A DNA stretch of 63,943 nucleotides, the filler included, from Globobulimina sp. (Eukaryota), in the NCBI GenBank assembly GCA_003354225.1. It is 43 parts of 43 records of this genome, joined end to end, with 100 filler letters (N's around TTAATTAATTAA, not from the genome) between each part and the next. Parts side by side here need not be neighbours in the genome. Positions count along the whole stretch, not along the records: positions 50,648 to 52,036 come from PIVH01017474.1; positions 52,137 to 53,525 come from PIVH01017475.1; positions 53,626 to 55,014 come from PIVH01017476.1; positions 55,115 to 56,503 come from PIVH01017477.1; positions 56,604 to 57,991 come from PIVH01017478.1; positions 58,092 to 59,479 come from PIVH01017479.1; positions 59,580 to 60,967 come from PIVH01017480.1; positions 61,068 to 62,455 come from PIVH01017481.1; 35 more parts are not named here. One strand, given 5' to 3'. Below are positions 50,548-62,455 of this stretch, piece after piece. A program made the position numbers and the translations under genes. The notes under the pieces are model-generated. The model did not search any database. It saw nothing but the letters and a program-made list of their open reading frames with translations, and was not told where the DNA came from. Every line of letters starts with the position of its first letter. Positions within the stretch are counted from its first letter, which is position 1.

Positions 50548-50726
50548 NNNNNNNNNNNNNNNNNNNNNNNNNNNNNNNNNNNNNNNNNNNNTTAATTAAT
50601 TAANNNNNNNNNNNNNNNNNNNNNNNNNNNNNNNNNNNNNNNNNNNNAACCTAAAATAACAACCAGGCAATGAATTGAAAACACACACACACACAAAAAA
50701 AGGTGGATTTCAGAAGTATATCACTT

Positions 50727-51935
50727 TCACACATCAGCTTCTTCCAAATCATCAAAAATATGTCTTTGAATCTTATTATATGCTTGCGGAGCAGATGTAA
50801 ATTGATACGACATCCATTGGTATCTACTCTTCATTTGGCTTTTTGCCATAATGCGTACTTTGCTTATTATCCATATCGTTTTGCATTGTTTTGCAATTAA
50901 ACATTCTTTACCTTTTAAACAAACCAATGTTTGATAATTTTGATATGCATTATCATTTCCATACGGATACGGACCACCATCTCGCAATAATATCATCCAT
51001 TTCTTTTGATAAAAATAAAAACATGGCTTATAAGTATCAGACCAATCATCGATTAATTGTTGTTTATCATCAATATTCTCCAAATAATGCAATGTTATTA
51101 TGTTTAATATATACGGTGGGAAGCTCCAATTTGTTTGAAAATTGAATATATTGTCACCGCATAATATCTCTTTTCTAAACCAATTTAAAACCACTAATCT
51201 CTGTCTCCCATTTAAAACCGATTGTTGTTCAATGCGTCGATTCCATTTCTGCTTTGAATCTAAATGTTTATTCGATGCTGCCAACATACCGAAATTATCA
51301 CGATTTATAATTACAATTCTCTCAAATCCCAATTCTTTGATTGCTCTCACATACCTTTCCCATTCATCGTACTTTTTCTTCTTATTTTTATCATTATTGC
51401 CTCCTGGCGGTGGAGCCTGGAACAGAGGCAGTGGTGGAGCCTGACCATGGAACAGAGGCAGGCCTGGGAGTGGAGCCTGACCAGGAAGTGGAGCTGCCAT
51501 TGGGGCGGTTGGTGCCATGGGAGCTTGATTTGGGAGTGGTGCAGCCATTGGAGCACGTATTGGTGCCATGGGAGCCATGGGAGCCATGGGAGCCATTGGA
51601 GCAAGCATTGGTGCCATTGGAGCTTGTGGTTTTGCAACGGTTTTTGTACTAGCTTTTGTTTGTAATTTCATTACGATGTCAATGATTTGAGATTTGGATA
51701 GAGTTTGTAAATATTTTCTGGTATATACCGGATTGTTATTTGCATTGTATTGTTGCTTATATTCATTGGATTTAGGTTTAATTCTACGAGATGGCTCAAG
51801 CTGTAATTTCTTAAAATTATTTTGTGGGATTGGTAGTTGAAAGGCATGGGAGCCAGCTCTCCCTCTGGATAGTGTCTGTGTGTCTGTTTTATAAAACATC
51901 TTTTTTGATAGGTTTGTATAGCCTGTTTCCAGCAA
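50727..51935 (-). CDS. Pro/Met/Ala-rich protein with a C-terminal divergent profilin-like domain
   Basis: (MAP)n and APPLP tract, then 'EWERYVRAI...IINRDN...FYFYQKKWMILLRD...LVCLKGKECLIAKQ...DDLEEADV'. Confidence 0.55.
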   Translation of the reverse strand: MLETGYTNLSKKMFYKTDTQTLSRGRAGSHAFQLPIPQNNFKKLQLEPSRRIKPKSNEYKQQYNANNNPVYTRKYLQTLSKSQIIDIVMKLQTKASTKTVAKPQAPMAPMLAPMAPMAPMAPMAPIRAPMAAPLPNQAPMAPTAPMAAPLPGQAPLPGLPLFHGQAPPLPLFQAPPPGGNNDKNKKKKYDEWERYVRAIKELGFERIVIINRDNFGMLAASNKHLDSKQKWNRRIEQQSVLNGRQRLVVLNWFRKEILCGDNIFNFQTNWSFPPYILNIITLHYLENIDDKQQLIDDWSDTYKPCFYFYQKKWMILLRDGGPYPYGNDNAYQNYQTLVCLKGKECLIAKQCKTIWIISKVRIMAKSQMKSRYQWMSYQFTSAPQAYNKIQRHIFDDLEEADV

Positions 51936-52741
51936 TATGTTTCTTCCAATTTGCTTGACTTTATTCTCATTCTCCGGTGGGCCGCAATATAAAATAATAA
52001 CACCAACACTCGATGAATGATGACGATGTGAAGTTGNNNNNNNNNNNNNNNNNNNNNNNNNNNNNNNNNNNNNNNNNNNNTTAATTAATTAANNNNNNNN
52101 NNNNNNNNNNNNNNNNNNNNNNNNNNNNNNNNNNNNTTTAAGTGAAACAATAAAAACAAATAAAATACAATGTTCATTATATGGCGTATGGAAGGATTAT
52201 CAAAAAGGGAGTGGAAATAGACGAAGTTGGTTATTTTTTGTATATTCATCAATCTCATCATCGTTAAATAATAAATATCCAAAAATTAAAATATCAATGC
52301 AACAAACAAGTGATTATGGTGGAGATAGAAATGATTTATTAATTTTTGACTGTGTGTGATTGTTATTTATGTTTTGTACAGAAGATTCTCAAAATATTTA
52401 ATATATTTTTTGGGTCGGTTTTGCTTTTGGTTCAGGTTTGATTTTGATAATTTCTGTAGATTTATATTAAAAAAGTCAGACAAAAAGAACAGACAAATTA
52501 AATTTTAACCTCAATGACAGATGACATTCGCCATTCAAATTTCTCCAAAGTACGTACCAACACATTATCTGGAAATTTAAATCCCATTGATTTCAATGAG
52601 TCAATTTCGTTCATCCACATGCTTTGTTTGTGAGCCATTATCGTTGAAGACTGAGAAAAATTCAGTGGGTTACTACTATTGGACTAGTCATCTAAAACTA
52701 AAAGTTAAACGTTAAAAAAAAAGCGCAATATTGCAAGAATT

Positions 52742-53525
52742 TTATGTGTATTTTTTGTCATTACTATCGCATCGAATAGCATCATAATCAATATCTTCAA
52801 TAATGACAGTACCGCCGGTTCGTTGCTGTTCCAATTCGTCAATAATATTATATTCATCATCGGCATCTGTATCATCCTCCGAATCAGAATAAGCATCGGA
52901 ATTATCATTACAAGAATCATCATATCCGCCCCCTTGCAATGCATCCAATTTATAACTAGAAGACGTGAATGACGGTAGGCCAAATTCACTTGGTTTTACT
53001 TGAAATTTATCAATAATTTCACACACTTTCTTATATAAAACATGTGCCAATTTCTTATTATTTTTGGCATCAATATGCACAGAATCTGACCCAGTTTGGA
53101 TATAATCATTTGCATTTATAAAATGTATAACATTTTTATTAAATTTATGTTTAATTTTCGCATAATGTCTATGCAACGATTTTGATACATTTATAGATAA
53201 ATTATTAAACGTTCGGCCTTGATTTCTTTCGTTTATCGCAGTGACAGAGGGCGGCGATATTAATATTAAAACCGGTCCGTGCGACATAACTTCCATTTGT
53301 TTGGCATTTATACATTCTAATATTGATTTGTTCATTGCAGAGCCTATTTTATGTGGTGACGGATTAAACTTTGCTTTACAGTCATTTGTGCCGAACATTA
53401 TGACTAAAATATCAATCTGTTTATGTGAATATAAAATTGGTAATATTTGTGTTGTTCCATCCATGGATAGTTTACGACGCTCATTTTTTTAAATTACCGT
53501 GCAAGTCTTGATGATATTATGTCCC
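52742..53525 (-). CDS. SGNH/GDSL hydrolase with acidic tail, 5' partial
   Basis: Block III 'VIMFGTNDCK', 'ILISPP', block V 'DSVH'. Confidence 0.85.
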
Positions 53526-53628
53526 NNNNNNNNNNNNNNNNNNNNNNNNNNNNNNNNNNNNNNNNNNNNTTAATTAATTAANNNNNNNNNNNNNNNNNNN
53601 NNNNNNNNNNNNNNNNNNNNNNNNNAAA

Positions 53629-54030
53629 TTAATGAGTATTAAATAACATACTTTTTTCAAGAAAATCCCCAGCCATTAACTCTAAATCAAATATTGATTG
53701 GTTACTTTCCTTTTTTGGAAGTTCATTTTCAAATTTATAAGCCCATCGCAATAAATTTGCTTTCTTCTCTTCTTTGCTGTATGATGGCGGCCATCCAAAT
53801 TTAACATTTTCTCCATGGTCATGGGACAAATTGGTGCATTCGCATAATAATAATGGTGCATGACATTTACTACAGATTGGCGTTGCTCCGCTTTCAACAT
53901 AGTTCATTATTCTATCCTCTCGTTGCAACGGTGTCTCTCTATATGGATCTACTTGAATATTTGCATTTTTTTGATGAATTTTTGTCATGACATCCATTAA
54001 CTTATCATCTGATATTTTTGCTTCTGCCAT
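53629..54030 (-). CDS. Hypothetical protein with CxxC...CxC
   Basis: Complete ORF of 133 aa. Confidence 0.45.
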   Translation of the reverse strand: MAEAKISDDKLMDVMTKIHQKNANIQVDPYRETPLQREDRIMNYVESGATPICSKCHAPLLLCECTNLSHDHGENVKFGWPPSYSKEEKKANLLRWAYKFENELPKKESNQSIFDLELMAGDFLEKSMLFNTH

Positions 54031-54191
54031 TATCTTTTGAAGATGAGACTAGACACAAGATTTCGCACAAGATATTTGTTAAGAGTTCTACAAACAAGTT
54101 AAAATATTTTACGAATATGACAAGGCAACAATATTTGCGCCATGAGGAGCCATCTCATTCAATAAACATCTCATTCAATAAGCCATCTCAT

Positions 54192-54567
54192 TCAATCAAC
54201 TGTTAAACTTGCTAAGTTATCAAAGAAACAATCAGAAGGCATATGTAATGCGATCCAAACTTGTCCTGTCGATTTTTGATAATAACAATGAACCCAATCC
54301 AATATGTCTGGTAAATCCGTTTCCGGCGTTAATTCTACAGTCAAGCCAGCAAATGCTAAGGTAAATGGCTGTTTATAATCTGGGAAAACACCATTTTGTT
54401 TATTTGCTGTGAATATCATTGACCAACGACCACCTACATTTGGATTAGGTAACCCCTCTGGATATGTTGTATCGTTTAAGACAAAATCGCGACTGGAAAT
54501 GGGCCCATATCTGTTGAGAATAACATAATCCAAATAAAGAAACAAATAAAAAAAGAATGGCTGCCAT
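54192..54567 (-). pseudogene. Probable secreted protein with a frameshift after the signal peptide
   Basis: MAAILFLFVSLFGLCYSQ lies in one frame and the globular body (YGPISSRDF...) in another. Confidence 0.35.
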
Positions 54568-54619
54568 TGTCACAAAGTTTTCTTGAAAATCTTTTCGATC
54601 ACAAATGTGAAAAATTAAA

Positions 54620-55014
54620 ATGGGTGCTATTTCCAGCAGCAATGAAGATATCAGTAACCACACACATAGTCCATGCAGTTCGTCTCGGATTATGTTTTAC
54701 GGACAAAATTCCCCGCCCATAACCAAACGTATTAATACCATACAATATATCATTACAGATATATATTCCGGACACGAATATGACATTTACCGCGACCATA
54801 ACCATCAGTTATGGATCGACAGAAACACCAATACCTCAGATACAGTAAATGTAAATGATGCTAAAATGGACTTTTTCCATAAGAATGGTGTACGTGTTGC
54901 TAAAATATGTGCGAATGTCATGTCTGATCATATATTTTGGATCTCCCAAAAAGGAGCACTTTATGGCAGCGGACTGAATGGCGTTGGCCAGTTAGGATTA
55001 GGTGACAAACAAAA
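54620..55014 (+). CDS. RCC1-repeat protein, possibly N-myristoylated, 3' partial
   Basis: MGAISS start; 'LYGSGLNGVGQLGLG'. Confidence 0.7.
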
Positions 55015-55475
55015 NNNNNNNNNNNNNNNNNNNNNNNNNNNNNNNNNNNNNNNNNNNNTTAATTAATTAANNNNNNNNNNNNNNNNNNNNNNNNNNNNNN
55101 NNNNNNNNNNNNNNGTAGGAAGCGTTGCGTTTGTTACTTTCACCATAATGTAAAGCAAGAGAGATAAATGTTGAAGTTTAAGGTTTTTCACTCAGGATCC
55201 ATATATGGTCATCGGGATCCATGGATGCAGAAAGAACTAAGCCAGTACGGAATTTCTAGTCTTCATATTTTGATTCCTCGCAACTTTTTACGTTGGATTA
55301 GGTGGAAACGAACGTTTTAGAAAAATCTTAAAAAAATAATTAAAATTCCTTAAACCGCAATTATTTTGAAAAAAATTGCACTGTGTGGTTTGAGATAGAA
55401 ATATCTGGAAACCACGAAATAAACAAACGGCAATAAGCCACCCCACAAAAAGATATGTCCTCCGAAGGCTCAACC

Positions 55476-56208
55476 TTTAGCTAAATTTTGGACGATGGTC
55501 GAATTATACATATCGTGCGTACGCGCTGCCCATAATCCCTCTGCCATGGCGGTCTACATATGCACTAAACCCGCGGGGAACATCGACAAAAACATCTGCG
55601 CCGCAATACCGCCATTCAACGACCAAAACGCCACCGGCACGATCTTAGGCGACCAATACTTCTCTTGCACCGTATGTTGCACACAAAATAAGACGCTGGC
55701 AATGGCAATATTTCCTTATACGCCCCACATGGCGGCATGAGCGTGATTGCCAGTCAAATACGTCGAGTGCATATAATAATTAACCACCGGCAAATTGATA
55801 AACGAGCCCAGGATTCCGACACCAAATACATTCCAGAAGTTGACGCCCAACATAAATAACCACACACCGCATAATATGCTTCTGATTTCCTTTGGCTTGC
55901 TCCAACTCGGCTTTCTCGCGCAATTGAATGAATTTCCAGGCGTCCATCGTCAGCAAAATAAGAGGCATCACCTGCGTCGTCGAGAAGGCGCTGCCCATCG
56001 CAATGACTCCCGTTGGCTTCGCAATCAGATAAAAATTATGACCAACACCGATGGTCGCAGTCAAAAAGAACAACATCACCGCGATATACGTGGCTCGCTC
56101 CGCTGCCTTTTTGCTCACTAATCCCATTTCGCGGTACAAGAATGCCACAATCACAGTGGTGAACACTTCAAAAGTTACCTCGACCAACATATGCACCATC
56201 ATCCACCG
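55476..56208 (-). pseudogene. Nod-type (NO dismutase-like) qNor-family heme-copper oxidase fragment, disrupted
   Basis: RWMMVHMLVEVTFEVF, GHNFYLIAKP, FSTTQV, NYYMHSTYLTGNHAHAAMWGV; frameshift about 55869; stops at 55716-55718 and 55554-55556. Confidence 0.88.
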
Positions 56209-56603
56209 CCCATATATGCCACATAAGTTACCCCGACCCAAATAAATTGTTTTAAATTCATCTCAGATTCGACATAAATAATAATAATCGTTTTAATCCA
56301 TTCCAATATGCTCCACGCGACGTCTAATAACTATATATGCTATTTTTTTTTTTATTTTTTTTATTTTTTATGGCAAAATCGCCTGTTGTTTTTGAGATTG
56401 CTTTTAAACTAATATAGCATATGCTTATGTTACATAGATGTTTCGTATGTAAACTGCTATCGTAGTTTAAAAATCCAATCTCGGCTAGAAGTGACTGTAA
56501 AAGNNNNNNNNNNNNNNNNNNNNNNNNNNNNNNNNNNNNNNNNNNNNTTAATTAATTAANNNNNNNNNNNNNNNNNNNNNNNNNNNNNNNNNNNNNNNNN
56601 NNN

Positions 56604-57991
56604 TTATTATCGCTTTGAACCATATTTACGTCAAAGTATTGTCTTATTTGTGCGCGAAAACAAACCAAATTATATCTTATCCGATGCAGGCCGCGAAAAA
56701 GAAAAAGATTTTTATATTTCCATCCAAAATTTTAATGCACAAATTCAATATAATTTACGTGAATTAACCACCAATAAAATCGGACAATTATGCACCTTCA
56801 ACGCCACCATCACTCGCACCTCGCAAGTACGCCCAGAATTAATTTCAGCCACATTCGAATGTACGATGTGTAACAAGTTAATGAAGAATGTCATGCAACA
56901 ATTCAAATATACCCAGCCCATCACATGTACAAATAACCAATGCGGTAATCGCAAATTATTCAAATTGGATATCTCCCGCAGCAAATTTATAGATTGGCAG
57001 AAATGCCGCGTCCAAGAATTATCACAAGATATCCCAGCCGGAAGTATGCCGCGTTCCATCGATGTTATTTTACGCAATGAGCAATGCGAGAAATGCAAAC
57101 CTGGCGACAATGTATTATTCACAGGCACATTGATAGTGGTCCCCAGCAATGAAAGCAAGCGATCAAACCAAGGCAACACCAAATTAGTACGCAACAACAG
57201 CAGCGTTGGTCCCTCCACCAACAATATTACTGGCTTGAAATCCATTGGTATTCGCGAATTAAATTACAAATTGGTATTCTTAGCAAACAACGTGGACAAA
57301 GTTAAGCAATCTCCGCTTTTAATGTGCATTTTATTTTACATTGTTTTTAATTGTTTGCAGTCGGAAAAAGATGATATGGAAAACATGGATGATGAGGAAA
57401 TCATCGATACTTTTTCTGCCGACGAACGACGCGACATATTATTAATGAAAGAGACCTCGTCGTTGTATCAAAATATAACTAACTCGATTGCGCCGTCCAT
57501 CTACGGACATGAAGAGATAAAACGCGGTATTTTGCTACAATTATTTGGCGGTGTACATAAAACCACGGCTGGTGGCTATAATAAGTTACGTGGTGATATA
57601 AATATTTGTATCGTTGGCGATCCGTCAACTGCAAAATCGCAATTTTTGAAATTTGTGACTGATATGTTGCCATCAAAAACGATTTATACGTCTGGCAAAG
57701 CGTCGTCTGCCGCAGGTTTAACTGCCGCTGTTATTCGAGATAAAGAAACGGGAGAAATGGGCATCGAAGCTGGTGCATTGATGTTGGCAGATAATGGTAT
57801 TTGTTGTATTGATGAGTTTGATAAAATGGACGAGCTCGATCAGACTGCCATTCATGAAGCCATGGAGCAGCAAACTATCACCATTACGAAAGCCGGCATC
57901 CATTGTTCATTAAATGCACGTACAGCGATCTTAGCCGCTTGTAATCCCGTTTGGGGCAGATATGATACTTCGAAACCAATCAAAATGTTTT
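56604..57991 (+). CDS. MCM6: DNA replication licensing factor MCM6, fragment; in-frame intron 57301-57360
   Basis: TRTSQVRPEL, IPAGSMPRSIDVILR, LFGGVHK, GDPSTAKSQ, GKASSAAGLTA, IDEFDKM. Confidence 0.93.
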
Positions 57992-58091
57992 NNNNNNNNN
58001 NNNNNNNNNNNNNNNNNNNNNNNNNNNNNNNNNNNTTAATTAATTAANNNNNNNNNNNNNNNNNNNNNNNNNNNNNNNNNNNNNNNNNNNN

Positions 58092-58837
58092 AATCCATTG
58101 TTTTAACCGTTTGCTTTCCTGTTTGAAACGCTTTATTTTAGCGATAAAAGTTGCATTGTCCATTCCATCGTAGTTATCTTCGTCTGCTGATTCGGTGGGA
58201 TCTGAATCAAAATCATCCGGTAACGAAGTGATTGAATCCCGGCGGTCGTCTTCTTTCTGAAATAGATTCTGTGTATTGGCAGCATATATATTTGTAGCTA
58301 TATATACAAATTAATGTAAATGCGTACCAATATCATACGAGGTAAGAACTCGTCGTGTAATAATAAGGAAGTTGGTATTTGTCCATTATTGGAAGGATCC
58401 ATTTGGTTGAACATGAGCGTGGATTGTTGAGTGGAGACATGCGGCGCTATTTTGTCCATTAAGTCAATGAATTGAGAGAGGATGAGATATTTTTCAGAGC
58501 CGATCCATTTGCGTAAGTTTGATTGAATGGATATGAGATCTTCTTGGTCTTTTTTGCTGTATTTTGATAAGTTTGGTGATATATTCGTTTTAATGTCTTC
58601 TTCGATTTCGTCACTTTTTTGAAAATTTAATTTGTTTGCGATTGCATCCATGTTTAATGAAGATGATTTTTTGTGCGCTTTGCGTTTAACGGGACGTAGT
58701 TCGGATACTTTATCTTCGTTTTCTGGTGGATATATGCTTTGCTTTTCATCATCAAATTGAACTGCGTCTAATGCAGATATGTCTACGTTTGGTGATGAAA
58801 CGAATCGAACATGATGTGACTCTCGCTTATTGGCCAT
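58092..58837 (-). CDS. EF-hand-containing protein, 3' partial, with intron
   Basis: 'MFNQMDPSNNGQI' EF loop; donor about 58327 and acceptor about 58258. Confidence 0.5.
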
Positions 58838-58918
58838 GGTAGTTTGTAACAAAAACTCAAAAACTGTTTAGTTGTAGATAATTTATTTAAGTGGTATCAA
58901 ACTCAACTTTAATGATCG

Positions 58919-59479
58919 ATGTCATTACAACAAAAACAAAAACAAATTCAGAAAGCACGGAAATATCTTACAAAGTATCATTGGATCCCAAGCTCACTAA
59001 GTGAATTCAAACAGAAATTTCCTAAAGCATATAAAATTATTCTTAAACAAGGAGATAAATTTTTCGATGATATGATGCTACCTTTCATTGGAATTGAATA
59101 TCATTGGAAACTGATTGTTAACAACGAGTCAAAACGGGCATTATTTATTGCTGTATACAAACGAATTCAATGTATGTACGATGTTGGTATACAAACTGGT
59201 AATTATTTATTCCATTGGAAGTTATACAATTTAGAGACATTAATGACGAATAAATTAATAAATTCAGTTGAATGTTGGGACAGTTTGTTGTCGGAATTTA
59301 TTACAAACAAAAATGAATTAGAATCATTGAAAATATTCGTAGCAAAAACCCGTGAAAAGTCAAAAAGAGACACAATGACACTCGCAATGAATACAGCTAC
59401 GTTGTTATTATATAAAATGAAAATAATGGGATATACTCGATTAAAATCAAAAATATTTCAATATCGTTCATGTTCATAT
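58919..59479 (+). CDS. Hypothetical protein, 3' partial
   Basis: ATG ORF open to the contig end; divergently transcribed from the previous gene. Confidence 0.45.
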
Positions 59480-59620
59480 NNNNNNNNNNNNNNNNNNNNN
59501 NNNNNNNNNNNNNNNNNNNNNNNTTAATTAATTAANNNNNNNNNNNNNNNNNNNNNNNNNNNNNNNNNNNNNNNNNNNNAATATATTAATATACAGTATC
59601 ACTGCTGACACGTACTACAA

Positions 59621-60868
59621 ATGTGGAATCAGCACACGTTTACTATCAACAAACGACCAATAGATGACTCAAGCGATGATGAAATGTTATTTCAAACTGT
59701 CTTAGATCAATGGAAATTGCCTCAATATGCAGATATTTTACAAGCAGAAGGTATTTCCATTTTTGTTTTAAATATAGGATTCATTAAATACTGCACATGC
59801 CCATACATTCAAGGTTGGGACGATCCTGACGTATGGACCGAATTGGATGAAAATACATTAATTTCCATGGGATTTAAATCAGGCCATCGAGCAAAGTTTA
59901 TTAAAAACGTCCGCCAACACTATGGCTCAAATACTACGAAACAATCTGACGACACTGAGGAACTGGAAAACGAAGCGAAAGAAAAAAGTGATCCGCTGAC
60001 CAAATTGCCATTTATATCTTCAATGAAAAAACAATTATTAACAATTTGCAATGAAAACAATAAATATGTGACCGCAGCATTAATTTCTGCAGAGATGCAT
60101 AATATGAAATATTTATATTACAAAGGACATGATTTTGCACATAGTGTGATACAGTCCGTTGGTTATATTCTTAAACAAGAGACTGTCCATTCGGGCATTG
60201 AAGCGTTTCGATATTATGAAGGTAGCGATGCATTTGGATTAATTGTTATCAATAAAGATAAAGAAAACATACTTTCCATTGCAAACAAGATTAGTGCAAA
60301 TATTAATAGTTAGACAAAGGCAAACATGACAATGGGAATAGCAATGAGTCGTTATAAGGAAACTAAAGATATTTGGTTTCAAAGAGCAGAGAATGCATTG
60401 AAAAAAGCAAAACAAAATGGAAAAAGTCAAATTGTTTTTGAAAATGACATGATATTTATTTATAAAAACAAAAATAAAATTACGCCGCAAAATAAATATC
60501 CATTTACTTTTGGTGGGAATGTTGAGAGTTCATTTGGTGTCAAGAAAATTAAAAAATGGACAACGAAAGATTTATGTGATTGGGTAAAAGGTATTGGTTT
60601 ATCCGATCAGTGGCAGGCGATCATGGTGGAAACAATTCTTTGTACGGGATGTATAGGCCAGGATTGGTTGGCAATTCGGTCTGGGAAAGACTTAGCCGAT
60701 GTATTTGATATTCAACAACCAATGTTAGCAAATCGAGTTTTTAGAGAGTTTAAAAAAGTCAAAGAAGACCGGGTCAAGTTAATGGCACAACGAGCTGCGG
60801 AAAGTGTTACTTATGTATCACCAATGCATGATTTACAATTATTTGGACAGAATGAATATTGGAAATGA
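59621..60868 (+). CDS. SAM - degenerate GGDEF - SAM protein; intron 59751-59813; in-frame TAG at 60311-60313
   Basis: SAM LDQWKLPQY..GFKSGHRAKF; GGDEF-like KGHDFAHSVI, FRYYEGSDAFGLI, MGIA...WFQRAENALKKAKQNGKSQ; second SAM KWTTKDLCDWV. Confidence 0.72.
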
Positions 60869-61225
60869 TGGTTTATTTTTTTTTTTTATGATTTGTATTG
60901 TAAAATAATTGACATTTTTGTGATGTTTCTTTTTTTTCAAAAAATAATTAATTTGGTTCACGAAATCNNNNNNNNNNNNNNNNNNNNNNNNNNNNNNNNN
61001 NNNNNNNNNNNTTAATTAATTAANNNNNNNNNNNNNNNNNNNNNNNNNNNNNNNNNNNNNNNNNNNNTGTCTAAATATTCATTGGTAATCGAATAATAGC
61101 AGAATATTTGAGATGGTCATTTTTTTGAGAATGTTTGACAATTTTGTGGTAGAAACGCATTGCTAGTATGTTCAAAGTACTTCAAAGTAGATGGTCAAAT
61201 TATGCTGTTTTTCACAACTGTGGCA

Positions 61226-62455
61226 CTAGTCCTGATTTGTACAGTCATACAAAGAAGAAGTCTGTGACACGATAACATTTGCGGATAGATATCCTTTAAA
61301 TGGATTATCCGGCTGACCGCCACCAACATACAATTCAATAACACCTTTTTCAATTTGTATATCCGGCGTGTACCAATTCTTGGAGGTCGCATTAAATACA
61401 CTTGCTCGATACCTTGGCGTTAATATCAATTTAACACGTCTGGTTTCACCAACTTTTATGGATTCAATCCTCTCAAAATCAGCCAATCGTATCTGTGGAA
61501 CCTTACAGTGGCTACTCCTTTATCCGGATAAGTGCAATAATTCCCTAGCAATAAACTCGTCGCAATGGACTGCGGCCCAATCAATGCAATTCCTTTCATA
61601 CTGCTATCTTTCTTCAACGGCAATACATTCTTATTATTCTTATACAACGCGATGGATTTGGCAGCCACTAAACGCGCATAATTGATATGTTCCTCTCCTT
61701 CTACTTGTGAGCTGTTGTACCATTGGTTATATTCTACGAACGTAGGCGGATCAAACATGCCCAACAAGATTCGCGTGCGAATAATCCGCGAAAAGGCTAA
61801 ATTTATATCATCAATGCTCAAAATACCATCCCTGATCCCTTGGGGTATAGTTTTAATGGCTGTGGTGCCTCCACCTTCCATATCGCAGCCTGCTTTAATG
61901 CCAATGGCCGCGGCTTGCTCTGAGCTGTTTGCGTAATGATGCGTGCTATAAATCTGTTCCATGGCATCATAATCGGAGACCACATATCCTTTCAAGCCCC
62001 ATTGACCGCGCAATACTGCGGTTAATATGTCATGACTGCCGCAAGCAGGCACTCCGTTGATGGAGTTGTAAGAACACATAACCTGCGCTGCCTTGGCGCG
62101 GACCACACACTCTCGGAATGGCGGAGAGTATGTTTCTGCCCAGTTGACAGCATCCACGATGGCATTGAATGTGGTGCGAGATTGAGGAATGTTTTCCAGG
62201 TTATAAGCAGCGTAATGCTTACATTGCAGCCCCATCATATAATATTTATCATCCTGCAAGCCACCAAATTGCATCCCCTGCACCACTGAATAAGCCAAGT
62301 GAGCGCCCAAACGGGGGTCTTCAGTGTACACTTCCTGATATTACATGCATTGCCATATTGGAAGTGCGACAAATGTGAGAAATGGATACCTGTGACCTTC
62401 CCCATCGAGGATCACGTACTAAGTTAATGTTGGGCCCATTGTTGGTGATCGCTCC
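61226..62455 (-). CDS. GH3 beta-xylosidase/glucosidase; intron 62335-62389; internal deletion/junction about 61503
   Basis: GPNINLVRDPRWGRSQE, CKHYAAY, MCSYNSING, GYVVSDY; Fn3-like tail in another frame. Confidence 0.9.

Noticed and set aside
54151-54197. CATCTCATTCAAT x3 as a regulatory array
   Set aside because: Short local tandem duplication with no supporting context
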